From Candidatus Nomurabacteria bacterium RIFCSPLOWO2_01_FULL_39_18 (GTDB lineage: Bacteria > Patescibacteriota > Minisyncoccia > Phycocordibacterales > UBA9973): a stretch of 64,000 nucleotides of DNA. Positions 1 to 10,681 of this stretch are shown here, piece after piece (the first letter of the stretch is position 1; every line of letters starts with the position of its first letter). The stretch spans positions 16,197 to 80,196 of the forward strand of contig MFUV01000006.1 of NCBI GenBank assembly GCA_001787005.1. Reading direction: 5' to 3'. The notes beneath the pieces are model-generated. The model saw only the letters and a list, made by a program, of their open reading frames with translations, ran no database searches and was not told the DNA's origin. The translations under genes and the position numbers were made by a program.

Positions 1-157
1 GAATGATGGTATCTTCTAGATCTTTTGCCTTTTTGCCGATGAAAAATCTTTTCAAACGTTTCTCTGTAGAGACAACCCAAACAACGAGAACCAAGATAAT
101 GATTCCAACCAAAACAAAAAAAGCCAATAAAAAAATGCTGTCGAGCTTTATATCCAT
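1..157 (-). CDS. 5' part of a membrane-anchored protein, DUF4446-like (runs off the window start)
   Basis: Manual translation from ATG 157: MDIKLDSIFLLAFFVLVGIIILVLVVWVVSTEKRLKRFFIGKKAKDLEDTII. TM helix followed by an FxGKKAKDLE motif typical of DUF4446. Confidence 0.55.
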   Translation of the reverse strand, partial: MDIKLDSIFLLAFFVLVGIIILVLVVWVVSTEKRLKRFFIGKKAKDLEDTII

Positions 158-181
158 GCAGAGATAATATATACTATTTTA

Positions 182-1492
182 ATGCTTAAATCAAATGATG
201 ATAACGACAAAAAGCGTAAAATTATATACCTTGATTACGCATCGAGCGCTTCCTATTTATCTGCGAATCCTGGAGCCATCCATGAATTGGGAGTAAAAGA
301 AAAAAAAAAATTAGAAAATGCAAGGGCAAAAATTGCTAAAATTTTAAACGCGCGCAGAGATGAAATAATTTTTACATCCGGAGCCACAGAGAGCAACAAT
401 TTGGCTATTTTAGGTGTTGTGAATGCTACAAAGGAGAAAGGTTTTTTCAGGTCCTCGGAAAAAATCCCCAGACCATTCAAAAACCTTTCTCCTTTTCCGC
501 ATATTGTGACAACAAATATCGAACATGCATCAGTCCTGGAAGTCTACAAACATCTAGAGAGAACAAAACAAGCGAGGGTGACTTATGTAGAAGTTGAATC
601 GAGTGGAATAGTGAATCCAAAAAAAATAAAAAAAGCTTTAACAAAAGATACAATACTTGTCTCTGTCATGTATGCAAACAACGAGATAGGCACGATTCAG
701 CCGATAGGGGAAATTGCAAAAGAGATTAGGCATTGGAAAAAAGGAAAAAATAGGTTTTTGGAGCACGGATATTTTTCTGCTGAAAAATTCCTCGTGCTCG
801 CGCCGTCGCGCTCCCAAGTCTCCAAAAACCTATTTTTTCCTTTTTTCCATACTGACGCTACCCAAGCAATAAATTATCTACCCATCAATGTTCAAAAATT
901 AGGCGTTGATTTGATGTCTTTTAACGGCGCTAAAATTTATGGACCAAAAGGGGTTGGCGCTTTGTATGTTAAAAAAAACACACCGATCAGTAAGATTATG
1001 TTTGGGGGAGACCAGGAGAAGGGGTTGCGGCCGGGAACAGAAAATGTTATAGGAGTAGCTAATCTGGCTCATTCTCTAGAAATTACAGAGAGAATAAAAG
1101 AAAAAGAAGTAAAACGTCTAAGCAGACTCCGGGATTATTTTTTTATAAGACTTCAAGAAATGTCAAAGACGGTCTTTGACACTCCATTGGTTATAAGTGG
1201 GGATTTAAAAAATAGATTACCAAACAATGTGAACATCACAATACCCGGCATCCCGAGCGATCTTTTAGTTATTGAGCTTTCCGGGAGGGGAATAATGGCT
1301 TCAGCAAAGAGCGCCTGTAAGGCAGGGGATGGCAAGGCTTCCCATGTAATACAAGCGATTCATCCAAAGACAAGCGAAACTGACGGTTCTCTGAGATTTT
1401 CTTTAGGGAGAGAGACAACAAAAAAAGATATTGATTATACGATTAAATCTCTTTCAAAAATCTTATTAAAATTAAAAAAATGGTACAATTAG
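182..1492 (+). CDS. iscS: Cysteine desulfurase (IscS/NifS, class V PLP enzyme) with two in-frame hairpin insertions
   Basis: YLDYA, FTSGATESNN, EHASV, NNEIGTIQP, HTDATQA, K-IYGPKGVG, RPGTEN, SAC catalytic Cys, SLRFS. Confidence 0.93.
   Translation: MLKSNDDNDKKRKIIYLDYASSASYLSANPGAIHELGVKEKKKLENARAKIAKILNARRDEIIFTSGATESNNLAILGVVNATKEKGFFRSSEKIPRPFKNLSPFPHIVTTNIEHASVLEVYKHLERTKQARVTYVEVESSGIVNPKKIKKALTKDTILVSVMYANNEIGTIQPIGEIAKEIRHWKKGKNRFLEHGYFSAEKFLVLAPSRSQVSKNLFFPFFHTDATQAINYLPINVQKLGVDLMSFNGAKIYGPKGVGALYVKKNTPISKIMFGGDQEKGLRPGTENVIGVANLAHSLEITERIKEKEVKRLSRLRDYFFIRLQEMSKTVFDTPLVISGDLKNRLPNNVNITIPGIPSDLLVIELSGRGIMASAKSACKAGDGKASHVIQAIHPKTSETDGSLRFSLGRETTKKDIDYTIKSLSKILLKLKKWYN
430..495. repeat. 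In-frame hairpin element, core type A, in iscS
   Basis: 17-bp arms aaaggagaaaggttttt / aaaaacctttctccttt around core tcaggtcctcgga...ccagaccat; 66 bp. Confidence 0.85.
734..849. repeat. In-frame hairpin element, core type B, in iscS
   Basis: Perfect 30-bp arms (734-763 / 820-849) around core cacggatattttt..aaaaattcctcgtgctcgcgccgtcgcgctc..aagt. Confidence 0.9.
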
Positions 1493-1495
1493 ATC

Positions 1496-1795
1496 ATGCT
1501 AGAATCAAATCCAGCTAACAAAAAATGGCAGCTTCGCGAAAAACCAAAACCGATCTCTTATATTTCAGAGAGTAGATTGAATTTTTTACGAGAAAGATTT
1601 AATAGAAGAACTTTTACTGTTAGTGATGCCTATGAAGCTTTATTGGAAATTGAAAAGAGCAGATCTTTTCTCGTTGATGAGCAAGCCATCCGCGCGTTTC
1701 TATCTCGGATGGTGGATATGGGTAGAATAAAGGTAATGACAAATCATGAAAGAAATTCTGAAAATCGTGCGCAAAAAATTTATCAGGTGATTTAA
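1496..1795 (+). CDS. Small hypothetical protein, winged-helix-like
   Basis: 99-aa ORF; FTVSDAY...IRAFLSRMVDMGRI..IY pattern resembles a wHTH; TACAAT 6 nt upstream of ATG. Confidence 0.5.
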   Translation: MLESNPANKKWQLREKPKPISYISESRLNFLRERFNRRTFTVSDAYEALLEIEKSRSFLVDEQAIRAFLSRMVDMGRIKVMTNHERNSENRAQKIYQVI

Positions 1796-1825
1796 TTTTC
1801 ATTCATGAATTGTTCCAAAAAAACT

Positions 1826-1852
1826 TTGACAAAAATAAAAAAGTGCTATAAT
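1826..1852 (+). promoter_or_regulatory. Sigma70-type promoter, probably giving a leaderless transcript
   Basis: TTGACA 1826-1831 and TGcTATAAT 1844-1852; ATG 6 nt after the -10 box. Confidence 0.6.
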
Positions 1853-1858
1853 TAGGGC

Positions 1859-2413
1859 ATGGACATCAAGGATTTAAATAAATCACAACTTATATTGCTG
1901 GCTGTGCTCCTTTCCTTTGTAACTTCTATCGCGACTGGCATCACGACGGTAACACTGATGCAACAAGCGCCGGCGTCTGTAACCGTGCCAATTACTCGTA
2001 TTGTCAGGGAGACTGTTGAAAAAATTGTGCCAGCCAAAACTACTGACAATACTCCAGCTTTATCCAAAGATGAGAAAAAATTGCTTGAGGACCTAAAAGC
2101 CATCAAGCCACTTACGGTCACTTTGCTATTAAAAGGTTTACCTACGGAGACGGGAGAAACTGAAGATAAAATTTTAGGGACAGGATTATTTTTGGGCGAT
2201 AATAAAGTCGTGATAGCATCTATAATTACAGAACCCAAAGAAGGGGAAATTTATGTTGTCAAAAGTGTTTTAGGTGAACAAAAAGTTGCAAAGGTAACGG
2301 TAGAAAAAGATTTTACGATTATTGAATTAATTAAAACTGAAATAGAAACTCTTCCTAACCCAGACCCAAATACAAATACTATCCCAGAAGATAAAACTCC
2401 ACCAGTCCCATAA
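1859..2413 (+). CDS. Membrane-anchored hypothetical protein, possibly a degenerate trypsin-like protease
   Basis: N-terminal TM ([18 protein letters not shown]); LGTGLFL resembles a trypsin-fold strand, no catalytic triad seen. Confidence 0.5.
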   Translation: MDIKDLNKSQLILLAVLLSFVTSIATGITTVTLMQQAPASVTVPITRIVRETVEKIVPAKTTDNTPALSKDEKKLLEDLKAIKPLTVTLLLKGLPTETGETEDKILGTGLFLGDNKVVIASIITEPKEGEIYVVKSVLGEQKVAKVTVEKDFTIIELIKTEIETLPNPDPNTNTIPEDKTPPVP

Positions 2414-2447
2414 AACTTTCTACTTTTTAACTTTACACCCAACATAT

Positions 2448-5168
2448 ATGCCACCATTAAATAAATTTACAACTAAAGCCAAAGATGCCATCAAGAAAGC
2501 CCACGAGCTTGCGATAGAACGCGGGGTCAATCATGTTTCCTCCCTTCATTTACTGGCGGCATTACTTCTCCAGGAAGAGTCTATGGTCAATTCAATTTTA
2601 GATAAATTAGAAATTGACACGATGCTTCTGACTGATTCTGTTTTAGAATTGATTGAATTGCCAGAATCACATAATACTCTTTCTCCCTCATATCAGATTT
2701 ATCTCAATCCTGATTTAGCACAGGTGATAGAACAGTCTGCCAAGTTGGCAGAATCAATGAAAGACGACTTTGTTTCAACTGAGCATCTCTTTATTGCCAT
2801 ATTGGAAGTCACAAGCGAGGCGCGTGAGACCTTGGCGCGATTTAGAATTCAAAAAGATTCTGTTATAAAAGTCCTAGAAGAGCTACGTAGTCAGAATATT
2901 ACTGATGTGACAGAGCCCAAAAAATTTAAATTGCTTTTTAAATACACTCGCAATCTAACTAAGCTGGCAAAGGAAGACAAACTAGATCCTGTCATTGGTC
3001 GCGACAATGAAATAATGCGCATTATGCAAATACTTTCTCGCCGGACAAAAAACAACCCCATTTTGATAGGGGAGGCTGGCACTGGGAAAACAGCAGTAGT
3101 GGAGGGGCTGGCGCAAATGATCGTAAAAAGTAATGTTCCAGAATCCTTAAAAGATAAAGAACTCGTTTCCCTTGATTTAGGGATGCTTGTGGCTGGTACA
3201 AAATATCGCGGAGAATTTGAGGAGAGACTAAAAGGCATCATGAAAGAAATCGAGCGATCAGACGGCAGAATTATTCTTTTCATCGACGAAATTCACACGA
3301 TTGTTGGAGCGGGTGGCGCTGAAGGCACGATGGATGCTTCGAATATGTTAAAGCCGGCGCTTTCTCGCGGAGAACTGCGGGCTATCGGCGCAACGACATT
3401 GCGAGAATATCAAAAACATATTGAAAAAGATCCGGCTCTGGCGAGACGTTTCCAGCCAGTATATATCGATGAGCCTGGGATAGAAGATGCTATTGCGATA
3501 CTGCGGGGGTTAAAAGAAAAATATGAGCTTTTCCACGGTGTCCGTATTACTGATGATGCGATAGTTTCTGCGGTCAATCTGTCTGCTCGTTACATCACTA
3601 ATAGATTCTTGCCGGACAAGGCGGTGGATTTGATAGACGAAGCCTCTTCTTCTCTTAAAATAATGCTTGAAAATAAACCACCAGTTTTGGAGGATGCGCA
3701 TAGAAAAATAATGCGCTTAGAAATCGAAAAAGAAGCATTAAAAAAAGAGGTTAGTTCCTTTGCTCTAGAAAAAAACAAAGAAGAAAAGGAAAAAGAAAAA
3801 GAGATAAAAAATAGAATTAAAGAGGTAGATAAAGAAATAGGCAATTTATATGAAAAGACAAAAGAGCTTGAACTGAAGTGGAAGAATGAAAAATTAATCG
3901 TGGTTGAAATACGCTCGATTAAAAAGGAACTGGAAAGTATAAGACTGGAGGCAGAAGATGCGGAAATGAAATCAGATTTATCTCGCGCCGCGGAAATACG
4001 TTATGGTAAAATACCAGCGCTTAAAAAAGATCTTGAAGTCAAATTATTGCGTCTAAAGAAACTTCAGAAATCGCGCAGAATCCTAAAAGAAGAAATTACG
4101 ACCGAAGACATCGCGGAAGTGGTTGCTCGCTGGACAGGCATACCGCTTACCAAGATGCTTGAGGAAGAGCGTGTAAAGCTGGAGAAGATGGAAGTAGAAT
4201 TGAAGAAAAGGGTTATTGGTCAAGACGAGGCTATAATGCGCGTGGCGGATGTCATACGACGCAGTCGCGCTGGCATAGGAGACCCCAACAGGCCTATCGG
4301 ATCCTTCATCTTTCTGGGTCCGACGGGGGTTGGAAAAACCGAACTTACTAAAGCGCTCGGGCAGTTTATGTTCAACGATGATCGCGCGATTATCCGTGTG
4401 GACATGTCTGAATACATGGAAAGGCATTCAATGTCCAAACTCATCGGTTCTCCTCCGGGATACGTTGGTTATGATGAAGCGGGACAACTGACCGAATCCG
4501 TGCGGCACAGACCATATGCGGTGATACTCTTTGATGAAATTGAGAAAGCTCATCCGGAAGTTTTCAACGTGCTCCTCCAGGTTATTGATGAAGGAAGATT
4601 GACGGATGGAAAGGGGAGAGTAGTGAACTTCAAAAACACAATTATTATTCTTACTTCCAACATCGGCTCGCAATTCGTAGAAAAAATGGAATCAATCGGA
4701 TTTTCCAATAATTCCAATAAGCAAGACTACGGTAATATGAAAGAAAAAGTCATGGAAGCGCTGAAAGACAATTTCCGTCCGGAATTCCTAAATCGTCTTG
4801 ATGAAACTATTGTCTTCGACATCCTATCTCTGGAAGCCTTGAAAGAAATAGTAAACTTGAGGATAAAAGTGGTCAAAGATCGCTTAGCCGGGAAGGGCAT
4901 CAATTTTGAAATTACCGAAGAGGCCTTGTCTCATTTAGCAAAAGAGGGCTACGATCCGCATTTTGGCGCTAGGCCCTTGAATCGCTTGATTCAAAATAAA
5001 ATTTTGAATCCTGTTGCGTCATACATTATTGGGAATGGAGTGAAAAAAGGCGATACTGTCTCTGTCTCTGTAAAAAACGAAGAGCTTGTTATCGAGAAGA
5101 AAAAGAACCATTTAAGAGGAGGCAAAATAAAAAGTTCAATTAGCGTACGACCGAAGTCTGAGGTGTAA
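2448..5168 (+). CDS. clpB: ATP-dependent chaperone ClpB
   Basis: Clp-N domain, two AAA modules ([16 protein letters not shown]), long coiled-coil middle domain, [17 protein letters not shown]. Confidence 0.95.
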   Translation: MPPLNKFTTKAKDAIKKAHELAIERGVNHVSSLHLLAALLLQEESMVNSILDKLEIDTMLLTDSVLELIELPESHNTLSPSYQIYLNPDLAQVIEQSAKLAESMKDDFVSTEHLFIAILEVTSEARETLARFRIQKDSVIKVLEELRSQNITDVTEPKKFKLLFKYTRNLTKLAKEDKLDPVIGRDNEIMRIMQILSRRTKNNPILIGEAGTGKTAVVEGLAQMIVKSNVPESLKDKELVSLDLGMLVAGTKYRGEFEERLKGIMKEIERSDGRIILFIDEIHTIVGAGGAEGTMDASNMLKPALSRGELRAIGATTLREYQKHIEKDPALARRFQPVYIDEPGIEDAIAILRGLKEKYELFHGVRITDDAIVSAVNLSARYITNRFLPDKAVDLIDEASSSLKIMLENKPPVLEDAHRKIMRLEIEKEALKKEVSSFALEKNKEEKEKEKEIKNRIKEVDKEIGNLYEKTKELELKWKNEKLIVVEIRSIKKELESIRLEAEDAEMKSDLSRAAEIRYGKIPALKKDLEVKLLRLKKLQKSRRILKEEITTEDIAEVVARWTGIPLTKMLEEERVKLEKMEVELKKRVIGQDEAIMRVADVIRRSRAGIGDPNRPIGSFIFLGPTGVGKTELTKALGQFMFNDDRAIIRVDMSEYMERHSMSKLIGSPPGYVGYDEAGQLTESVRHRPYAVILFDEIEKAHPEVFNVLLQVIDEGRLTDGKGRVVNFKNTIIILTSNIGSQFVEKMESIGFSNNSNKQDYGNMKEKVMEALKDNFRPEFLNRLDETIVFDILSLEALKEIVNLRIKVVKDRLAGKGINFEITEEALSHLAKEGYDPHFGARPLNRLIQNKILNPVASYIIGNGVKKGDTVSVSVKNEELVIEKKKNHLRGGKIKSSISVRPKSEV

Positions 5169-5195
5169 AAAGTAAGAAAATAACAAAATTTAGAC

Positions 5196-5930
5196 ATGGA
5201 AAGCCCTCCCAAAATAATTCCATCTCTTTTGAAAAATTCTGTGGCTGAGTCCGGAGCGGTTCCAGAGCCGGCGCCAGAGCAACCAGCCGAGATTGCTTCT
5301 GAACAAGCAACTGCAACCACAAGAGACATGGTAAATGCAAAAGAAGCTCAAAAAGTTGCCAAAACATCTAGGGCTACTGAAGAAGATGTCGAACGATTGA
5401 GACAAAAAATAACTAGAATTTTCGAAGGTAGAAAAAATTATACAGAGAAAATTCATGAAATATTACAGAAACATGATGTTGCCACCCCATTTAACACTCT
5501 TAGAATTATATTGAATTCACGGGTGGAGCAAGGATTTAACCCGATTGTTAATCCAGATGCAATAAGTGCTTTGTCGACAGCAGTAGAAGGTTTAGAAAAA
5601 ATTATCCGACAATCTGAAATTACTATTGAGGATGTGAAAACAGAATTTTCAAGACATAGTGCTCTTTTAAGGTCTCTATTTGAAAATATACCAAGGATAA
5701 ATGTAATTAATGATAATACAGAAAGTCTACTATCAGTTGGTCAAGCCTTTGCGGGAATTCACAAGATGAATGAAGATCTCATTCGGGAATTTAGTGGGGC
5801 TGATGAGTCGGCCGAAAAAAAAGAAAGCGCGGAATTAAATGCAGTCTTACACGAAACAAACAATTATTTAGATAGAGCTGTCCGATATATAAACGAAAAG
5901 CTATCAGTGCTAGAAGATTACAGCAGATGA
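5196..5930 (+). CDS. Hypothetical helical protein
   Basis: 244-aa ORF with no recognisable motif. Confidence 0.6.
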   Translation: MESPPKIIPSLLKNSVAESGAVPEPAPEQPAEIASEQATATTRDMVNAKEAQKVAKTSRATEEDVERLRQKITRIFEGRKNYTEKIHEILQKHDVATPFNTLRIILNSRVEQGFNPIVNPDAISALSTAVEGLEKIIRQSEITIEDVKTEFSRHSALLRSLFENIPRINVINDNTESLLSVGQAFAGIHKMNEDLIREFSGADESAEKKESAELNAVLHETNNYLDRAVRYINEKLSVLEDYSR

Positions 5931-6048
5931 AATTGCATAGGAATTTCCTGTGTAGTATTTCCTGTGTGGTGGGTGATAAGGATGCAAGAAAGTGTTTTTT
6001 GTGGATAACCCTATTGCAACAGGCGTAGGTATGATTTATAATGTGCAT

Positions 6049-6708
6049 ATGGCGCCCTTACCTGCTATATCAAAGAATAAATTGTCTCTGGTGCGAAATT
6101 TATATTTGAATAAAAAACTCTGCGTGAGAGAAATAGCAGAGCATTTGAAAGTTTCAGCAGATGCGGTTACTTCATTTTTTCGGAGACATAATATTCCGAA
6201 GAGATCATACAGCGAGGCTCAACAGGTGGAATTCAATAACAGGCCTTTATCATTTTCTAAACAGAAACTAAATTCGCATTATCTTAAAGAACTTTCACTT
6301 GTTGGCACCATGTTGTATTGGGCAGAGGGATATAAAGGAAAAATTTCCAACACAACAATAGATTTTGCAAACAGCGACCCCTTGATGATAAAACTTTTTC
6401 TTCAATTCTTTCGCCTTATATTTAAACCCGACGAGAAAAAGATAAGAATATATCTGTATTGCTATGCAAATCAAAATGTTAAAGAATTTACAAATTTTTG
6501 GAGCAAGCTCACCAGGGTTCCTAAAGCTCGATTTTTAAAACCCTATGTTCGATCTGATTTTAGGGAAGATGGTAGAAAAATGAAGCATGGTATGGTACAC
6601 GTACGTTATCATGATAAGAAACTTTTACTAGAGATAAAAAGTATGATAGAGTTATATGTGAAGAAATATATGCGCCGGTCGTATAGTGGCAATTACACGA
6701 CGCTGTAA
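6049..6708 (+). CDS. HTH plus LAGLIDADG-like homing endonuclease family protein; 3' end overlaps tRNA-Tyr
   Basis: LYLNKKLCVREIAEHL HTH; GTMLYWAEG and FANSDP motifs; TATAAT 6037-6042 supports ATG 6049 rather than the track start at 5992. Confidence 0.7.
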   Translation: MAPLPAISKNKLSLVRNLYLNKKLCVREIAEHLKVSADAVTSFFRRHNIPKRSYSEAQQVEFNNRPLSFSKQKLNSHYLKELSLVGTMLYWAEGYKGKISNTTIDFANSDPLMIKLFLQFFRLIFKPDEKKIRIYLYCYANQNVKEFTNFWSKLTRVPKARFLKPYVRSDFREDGRKMKHGMVHVRYHDKKLLLEIKSMIELYVKKYMRRSYSGNYTTL

Positions 6709-6758
6709 ACGTCGCGACCTTTTGGTCTTCGTTGGTTCGAGTCCAACCCGGCGCACCA
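6672..6758 (+). tRNA. tRNA-Tyr(GTA)
   Basis: Acceptor gcgccgg/ccggcgc plus A-CCA; anticodon stem cgacg/cgtcg with loop ctGTAaa; long variable arm; T-loop gttcgagtc. Confidence 0.95.
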
Positions 6759-6764
6759 AAAAAT

Positions 6765-7070
6765 ATGGAACAAAACCCAGCACAGCAAGAAAAGAAAAAA
6801 AAGACTTATGAAGAAGCTCTTGCTTTGGCAAAAGCAGACAAAGAGTGGATAAAAACAAAGATCGTAGTTCTAGAAAATCATCTAGTAGAGACAGCCTCAA
6901 AAACTGTTGGTTTGGAAATGAGATCATTTGCCAGAAGAGTTCAGGGATTAAAAAGCCTAAAGAAGTTAACACAATTAGGTAACGACCATAGAATGCTCGA
7001 TGGCTTTGATTTAGAAAAGAAAGCAGTAATAGTTTTTTGTAGAAAAAATAACATAGAATTAATCGGCTAA
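6765..7070 (+). CDS. Hypothetical protein
   Basis: ORF from ATG 6765 (MEQNPAQQ...) directly after the tRNA. Confidence 0.5.
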   Translation: MEQNPAQQEKKKKTYEEALALAKADKEWIKTKIVVLENHLVETASKTVGLEMRSFARRVQGLKSLKKLTQLGNDHRMLDGFDLEKKAVIVFCRKNNIELIG

Positions 7071-7162
7071 TAAGTTACGAGTCATTTGTTATTTCCCCAA
7101 ATCCATGTTATTATAAAGTAGATTTCAAAAGGGCCTTAGGGCTTTTTTGTTTCATCAACCCT

Positions 7163-7225
7163 ATGGAAATACGAAACATCGAACGAAAGCAAAGCTTCAT
7201 ACGGGGCAGGTATAGCAATCAATAA
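7163..7225 (+). other. Duplicated typA start: 20-aa leader ORF MEIRNIERKQSFIRGRYSNQ containing a repeat element
   Basis: First six codons encode MEIRNI, identical to the TypA N-terminus; insert cgaacgaaagcaaagcttcatacggggca is shared with the dnaJ leader. Confidence 0.7.
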
Positions 7226-7245
7226 AGATATAATGAAAATTATTT

Positions 7246-9084
7246 ATGGAAATTAGAAATATCGCAATTATTGCGCACGTGGATCATGGCAAGACGACCC
7301 TGACCGATGCTCTGATGAAGCAAAATGGCGCTCTGCAAGATGAAGGAGTGTCAATGGATTCAAATGCTCTAGAAAAAGAGCGTGGTATTACTATCTACTC
7401 AAAAAACACCTCCATCTTTTATAAAGATACTAAGATAAACATTGTAGATACTCCCGGCCACGCGGACTTCGGCGGAGAAGTAGAACGTGTTTTGCGGGCT
7501 ATCGATTCTGTGCTTTTGCTTGTAGACGCAGTCGAGGGACCGATGCCTCAGACTAGATTTGTTTTGAAAAAGTCTTTAGAGCTTGGACTCAAACCCATCG
7601 TAGTTATAAATAAAATAGACAAGCCTGCTTCCGATCCACATCGAGTACATGATGAAATTTTGGGATTATTTTTTGAATTAGGCGCTTCCGAAGAGCAGGC
7701 CAATTTCGAAACGATTTACGCTATCTCGCGCGAGGGGAAAGCCTTCAAGAATCTTGGTGATGAATCCAAGGACCTTTCTCCATTGCTTGATTTAATATTA
7801 GAAAAAGTCGTACCAGCCTCAGGTCGAGAAGATGAAAAAATGTCGGCTCAGGTCTTCAACTTGGGTTATGATAATTTTTTAGGCAGGATGGCTGTTGCGC
7901 GAATTTACTCAGGAAAAATTTTGTCTGGAAGCACTATTTTTGTAAAAGGTCTGCCTGCGCAGGCAGGAGAAAACGGTACGCGAAAGGGGAAAATAACGAA
8001 ACTCTTCACATTCCTCGGAATAAATCGCAAAGAAGTAGAGACTGCTTCTTCAGGTGATATCGTGCTTTTAGCCGGGGTTCCAGACATATATATCGGAGAA
8101 ACTATATGCGAAGATGAAAATACAGAACCATTACCCGCTATCGCGATCGATGAGCCCACTTTATCTCTCAACTTTCTAGTGAACGATTCTCCATTTGCGG
8201 GTCGTGAAGGGAAGTTTGTTACCTCTAGGCAAATCAAAGAAAGATTAGAAAAAGAATTGGAGATAAATGTGGGTCTTAGAGTTGATTTTTCTCCGAACCA
8301 GGGAGATAAAAAATCAGGCCTGCCTGCGCAGACAGGACCGTCTTTTTTCAAAGTCTACGGTCGGGGAGAACTTCACGTAGCAATATTGCTCGAAAATATG
8401 CGCCGGGAAGGTTTTGAGATGCAGGTATCAGAGCCGGAAGTCATTATTAAAGAAAGTAACGGAATAAAAACAGAACCATATGAAGAATTAGTGATCGATG
8501 TTCCGATGGAATTCTCCGGTAGTGTCATAGAAAAGATCGGCAAACGAAGGGGGGTAATGAGGGATATGGTAGAAAAGCAAGGAATTGCAAGGATTATTTT
8601 CGATATACCAACCCGAGGCTTTCTGGGCTATCGTGGGGAATTTATCATAGACACAAAGGGGGAAGGAATAATGTCAGGAAGGGTTACCGGCTTTAAAGAA
8701 TATGCTGGAGAAATTAAAAAAAGAGAGTATGGATCTATGGTTTCTATGGTCTCCGGCAAAGCGGTAGCCTTTTCCCTTGCAAATCTTCAGGAACGTGGTA
8801 TATTGTATATTGAGCACGGAACTGAAGTGTACGAAGGGATGGTCATTGGCAATGTTTTAAAAGGAGATGACATGTCGGTGAATCCTACGAAAGGGAAACA
8901 GCTCACCAATATGCGGGCATCAGGCACTGACGAAGCTATTTCCTTGAATCCGGTTTTCATTTTAAGTATTGAACGAGGTCTTGAGGTTATGAGCGCAGAT
9001 GAGTATTTAGAAATCACTCCGAAATCCGTCAGGCTTCGCAAGAAGTATCTAACCGAAATTGACAGGAAAAAGTCCCGATTATAA
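7246..9084 (+). CDS. typA: Translational GTPase TypA/BipA
   Basis: [44 protein letters not shown]. Confidence 0.97.
   Translation: MEIRNIAIIAHVDHGKTTLTDALMKQNGALQDEGVSMDSNALEKERGITIYSKNTSIFYKDTKINIVDTPGHADFGGEVERVLRAIDSVLLLVDAVEGPMPQTRFVLKKSLELGLKPIVVINKIDKPASDPHRVHDEILGLFFELGASEEQANFETIYAISREGKAFKNLGDESKDLSPLLDLILEKVVPASGREDEKMSAQVFNLGYDNFLGRMAVARIYSGKILSGSTIFVKGLPAQAGENGTRKGKITKLFTFLGINRKEVETASSGDIVLLAGVPDIYIGETICEDENTEPLPAIAIDEPTLSLNFLVNDSPFAGREGKFVTSRQIKERLEKELEINVGLRVDFSPNQGDKKSGLPAQTGPSFFKVYGRGELHVAILLENMRREGFEMQVSEPEVIIKESNGIKTEPYEELVIDVPMEFSGSVIEKIGKRRGVMRDMVEKQGIARIIFDIPTRGFLGYRGEFIIDTKGEGIMSGRVTGFKEYAGEIKKREYGSMVSMVSGKAVAFSLANLQERGILYIEHGTEVYEGMVIGNVLKGDDMSVNPTKGKQLTNMRASGTDEAISLNPVFILSIERGLEVMSADEYLEITPKSVRLRKKYLTEIDRKKSRL
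7951..7966. repeat. In-frame LPAQAG palindrome in typA
   Basis: Perfect palindrome ctgcctgcgcaggcag. Confidence 0.85.
8319..8336. repeat. In-frame LPAQTG palindrome in typA
   Basis: cctgcctgcgcagacagg, one mismatch. Confidence 0.8.
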
Positions 9085-9091
9085 TCGGGAC
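9072..9091. repeat. Perfect 20-bp palindrome spanning the typA stop codon
   Basis: gtcccgattataatcgggac. Confidence 0.8.
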
Positions 9092-9113
9092 AAAATAAAG
9101 AAAAAATTACCTG

Positions 9114-9179
9114 TCCCGTACTAAATTTTGATTACGGGGCATAAAGATAAAGGTTATTAGTAAAATTTTAGTACCGGGA
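9114..9179. mobile_element. TCCCG...CGGGA miniature inverted-repeat element supplying the A of the next ATG
   Basis: tcccgtactaaatttt...aaaattttagtaccggga|tg; a 23-bp block covering the left end and its flank is identical to the copy at 22353. Confidence 0.7.
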
Positions 9180-10207
9180 TGCCAACAATATCTTTTAAAC
9201 CCAAAAAAGTCACGAAAAAAATAGTTTCCCATCTACAAAGTCGAGCCAGCGATGTTATTTTGAATCGTTTTGGTTTGACCTTGGATGGGACCAGGAAGAC
9301 TCTTGAAGAAATTGGCAAGAAATATAACATAACCAGAGAGCGAGTACGCCAAATTGAAAATGTAGCCATATCTTTGATTAAAAAGTCTCACGCATATAAA
9401 GGGGAGCAAGTGGCTTTCGACGAACTTAAACAATTGGTGCACAAATTAGGATCCATCGTAGCTGAACATGAGCTCTTGTCTCATATTTCGAAGGACAAAG
9501 CAATTCAAAATCATATCCATTTTTATTTAGTGTTGGGCGACGTGTTTAAAAAGCACCGAGAAGACGACCATTTCCATACTCGCTGGAGTGTGGATGATGA
9601 AATGGCAGAAAAAGTGCATGACTCTTTGAAAAAGCTTTATGCAAGTTTAAATGACGAAGATCTTATACCGGAAACGGAGATGATTAAAAAATTCTTTGAT
9701 CATATGAAGGATGTTGCCGAGCAATACAAGAATGAAGAGATGGCTCGAAGATGGCTTTCTATGTCAAAAACAGTTTCCAAAAATCCACTGGGCGAATGGG
9801 GCAAGACGACATCGCCCAACATTCGGACTCGCGGGGTGAAGGACTACGCGTTTCTCGTGATGAGACGCCACGGTTCGCCTATGCATTTTAAAGAAGTTGC
9901 AGATTCCATTTCCAAAACCTTTAATAAAAAAATCCATTATGCCACATGCCACAATGAACTTATTAAAGATTCTAGATTTGTTCTGGTCGGCAGGGGAATG
10001 TATGCTCTGGCTGAATGGGGCTACAAGAAAGGCATTGCCCGTGAAGTCATCCGCGATATTTTAAAAAGAGAAGGTCCGCTTCCTAAAGATGATATTGTTG
10101 CCAAGGTTAATAAAGAAAGGTATTTTAAAAAGAACACCATACTAGTCAATCTTGTTAACCCAAAATACTTCAAGAAAAATAAAAATGGGCTTTATACCGT
10201 GGTTTAA
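9179..10207 (+). CDS. Sigma70 region-4 HTH plus HARE-HTH (RNAP delta-like) domain protein
   Basis: RFGL..TLEEIG..YNITRERVRQIE; PMHFKEVA, HNELIKDSRFVLVGRGMYALAEW. Confidence 0.8.
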   Translation: MPTISFKPKKVTKKIVSHLQSRASDVILNRFGLTLDGTRKTLEEIGKKYNITRERVRQIENVAISLIKKSHAYKGEQVAFDELKQLVHKLGSIVAEHELLSHISKDKAIQNHIHFYLVLGDVFKKHREDDHFHTRWSVDDEMAEKVHDSLKKLYASLNDEDLIPETEMIKKFFDHMKDVAEQYKNEEMARRWLSMSKTVSKNPLGEWGKTTSPNIRTRGVKDYAFLVMRRHGSPMHFKEVADSISKTFNKKIHYATCHNELIKDSRFVLVGRGMYALAEWGYKKGIAREVIRDILKREGPLPKDDIVAKVNKERYFKKNTILVNLVNPKYFKKNKNGLYTVV

Positions 10208-10210
10208 CAC

Positions 10211-10235
10211 CAGATAGAGCTTTAGACTCTATCTG
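10211..10235. repeat. REP-like palindrome, family R1
   Basis: cagatagag-ctttaga-ctctatctg. Confidence 0.85.
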
Positions 10236-10246
10236 TAAAATAAATT

Positions 10247-10636
10247 ATGTCAAAACCAGATGAATTTCTAAAAGCTGACAACACAGAAAAAGGCAAAGAA
10301 GCTAGATTGGCAAAAGTATTAAAAAGCCAGAGAGAGAGAGAGTTATCTAGGGTCTTCGAAAAACTTTTTCCACTAAACCAAGAAAGGTACATGTTGGAGT
10401 TTTATGATTTTGAAGAATGGACTAATTTTTTCCGTAAGTTTGGCGAAACAATTAGGATTTTATTATCACTTGATCCATTTGTTGATAATTTGACGCTAAA
10501 AACTGAATGTCAGGAAGTCCTTGTTTTATTAGATGGTCAAGACAGGAATCAGGGTAAAAGATATTCAAGTTTAGTAGAAAAACTCTTTCAATTTTTTATT
10601 GACAATCAAATTTTTCCACCATCAAAGTTACCGTAG
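10247..10636 (+). CDS. Hypothetical protein between two R1 REPs
   Basis: 129-aa ORF with no motif. Confidence 0.55.
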   Translation: MSKPDEFLKADNTEKGKEARLAKVLKSQRERELSRVFEKLFPLNQERYMLEFYDFEEWTNFFRKFGETIRILLSLDPFVDNLTLKTECQEVLVLLDGQDRNQGKRYSSLVEKLFQFFIDNQIFPPSKLP

Positions 10637-10651
10637 AATAGAATTACATTA

Positions 10652-10676
10652 CAGATAGAGGTCTAGACTCTATCTG
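10652..10676. repeat. REP-like palindrome, family R1
   Basis: cagatagag-gtctaga-ctctatctg. Confidence 0.85.
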
Positions 10677-10681
10677 AGCCC

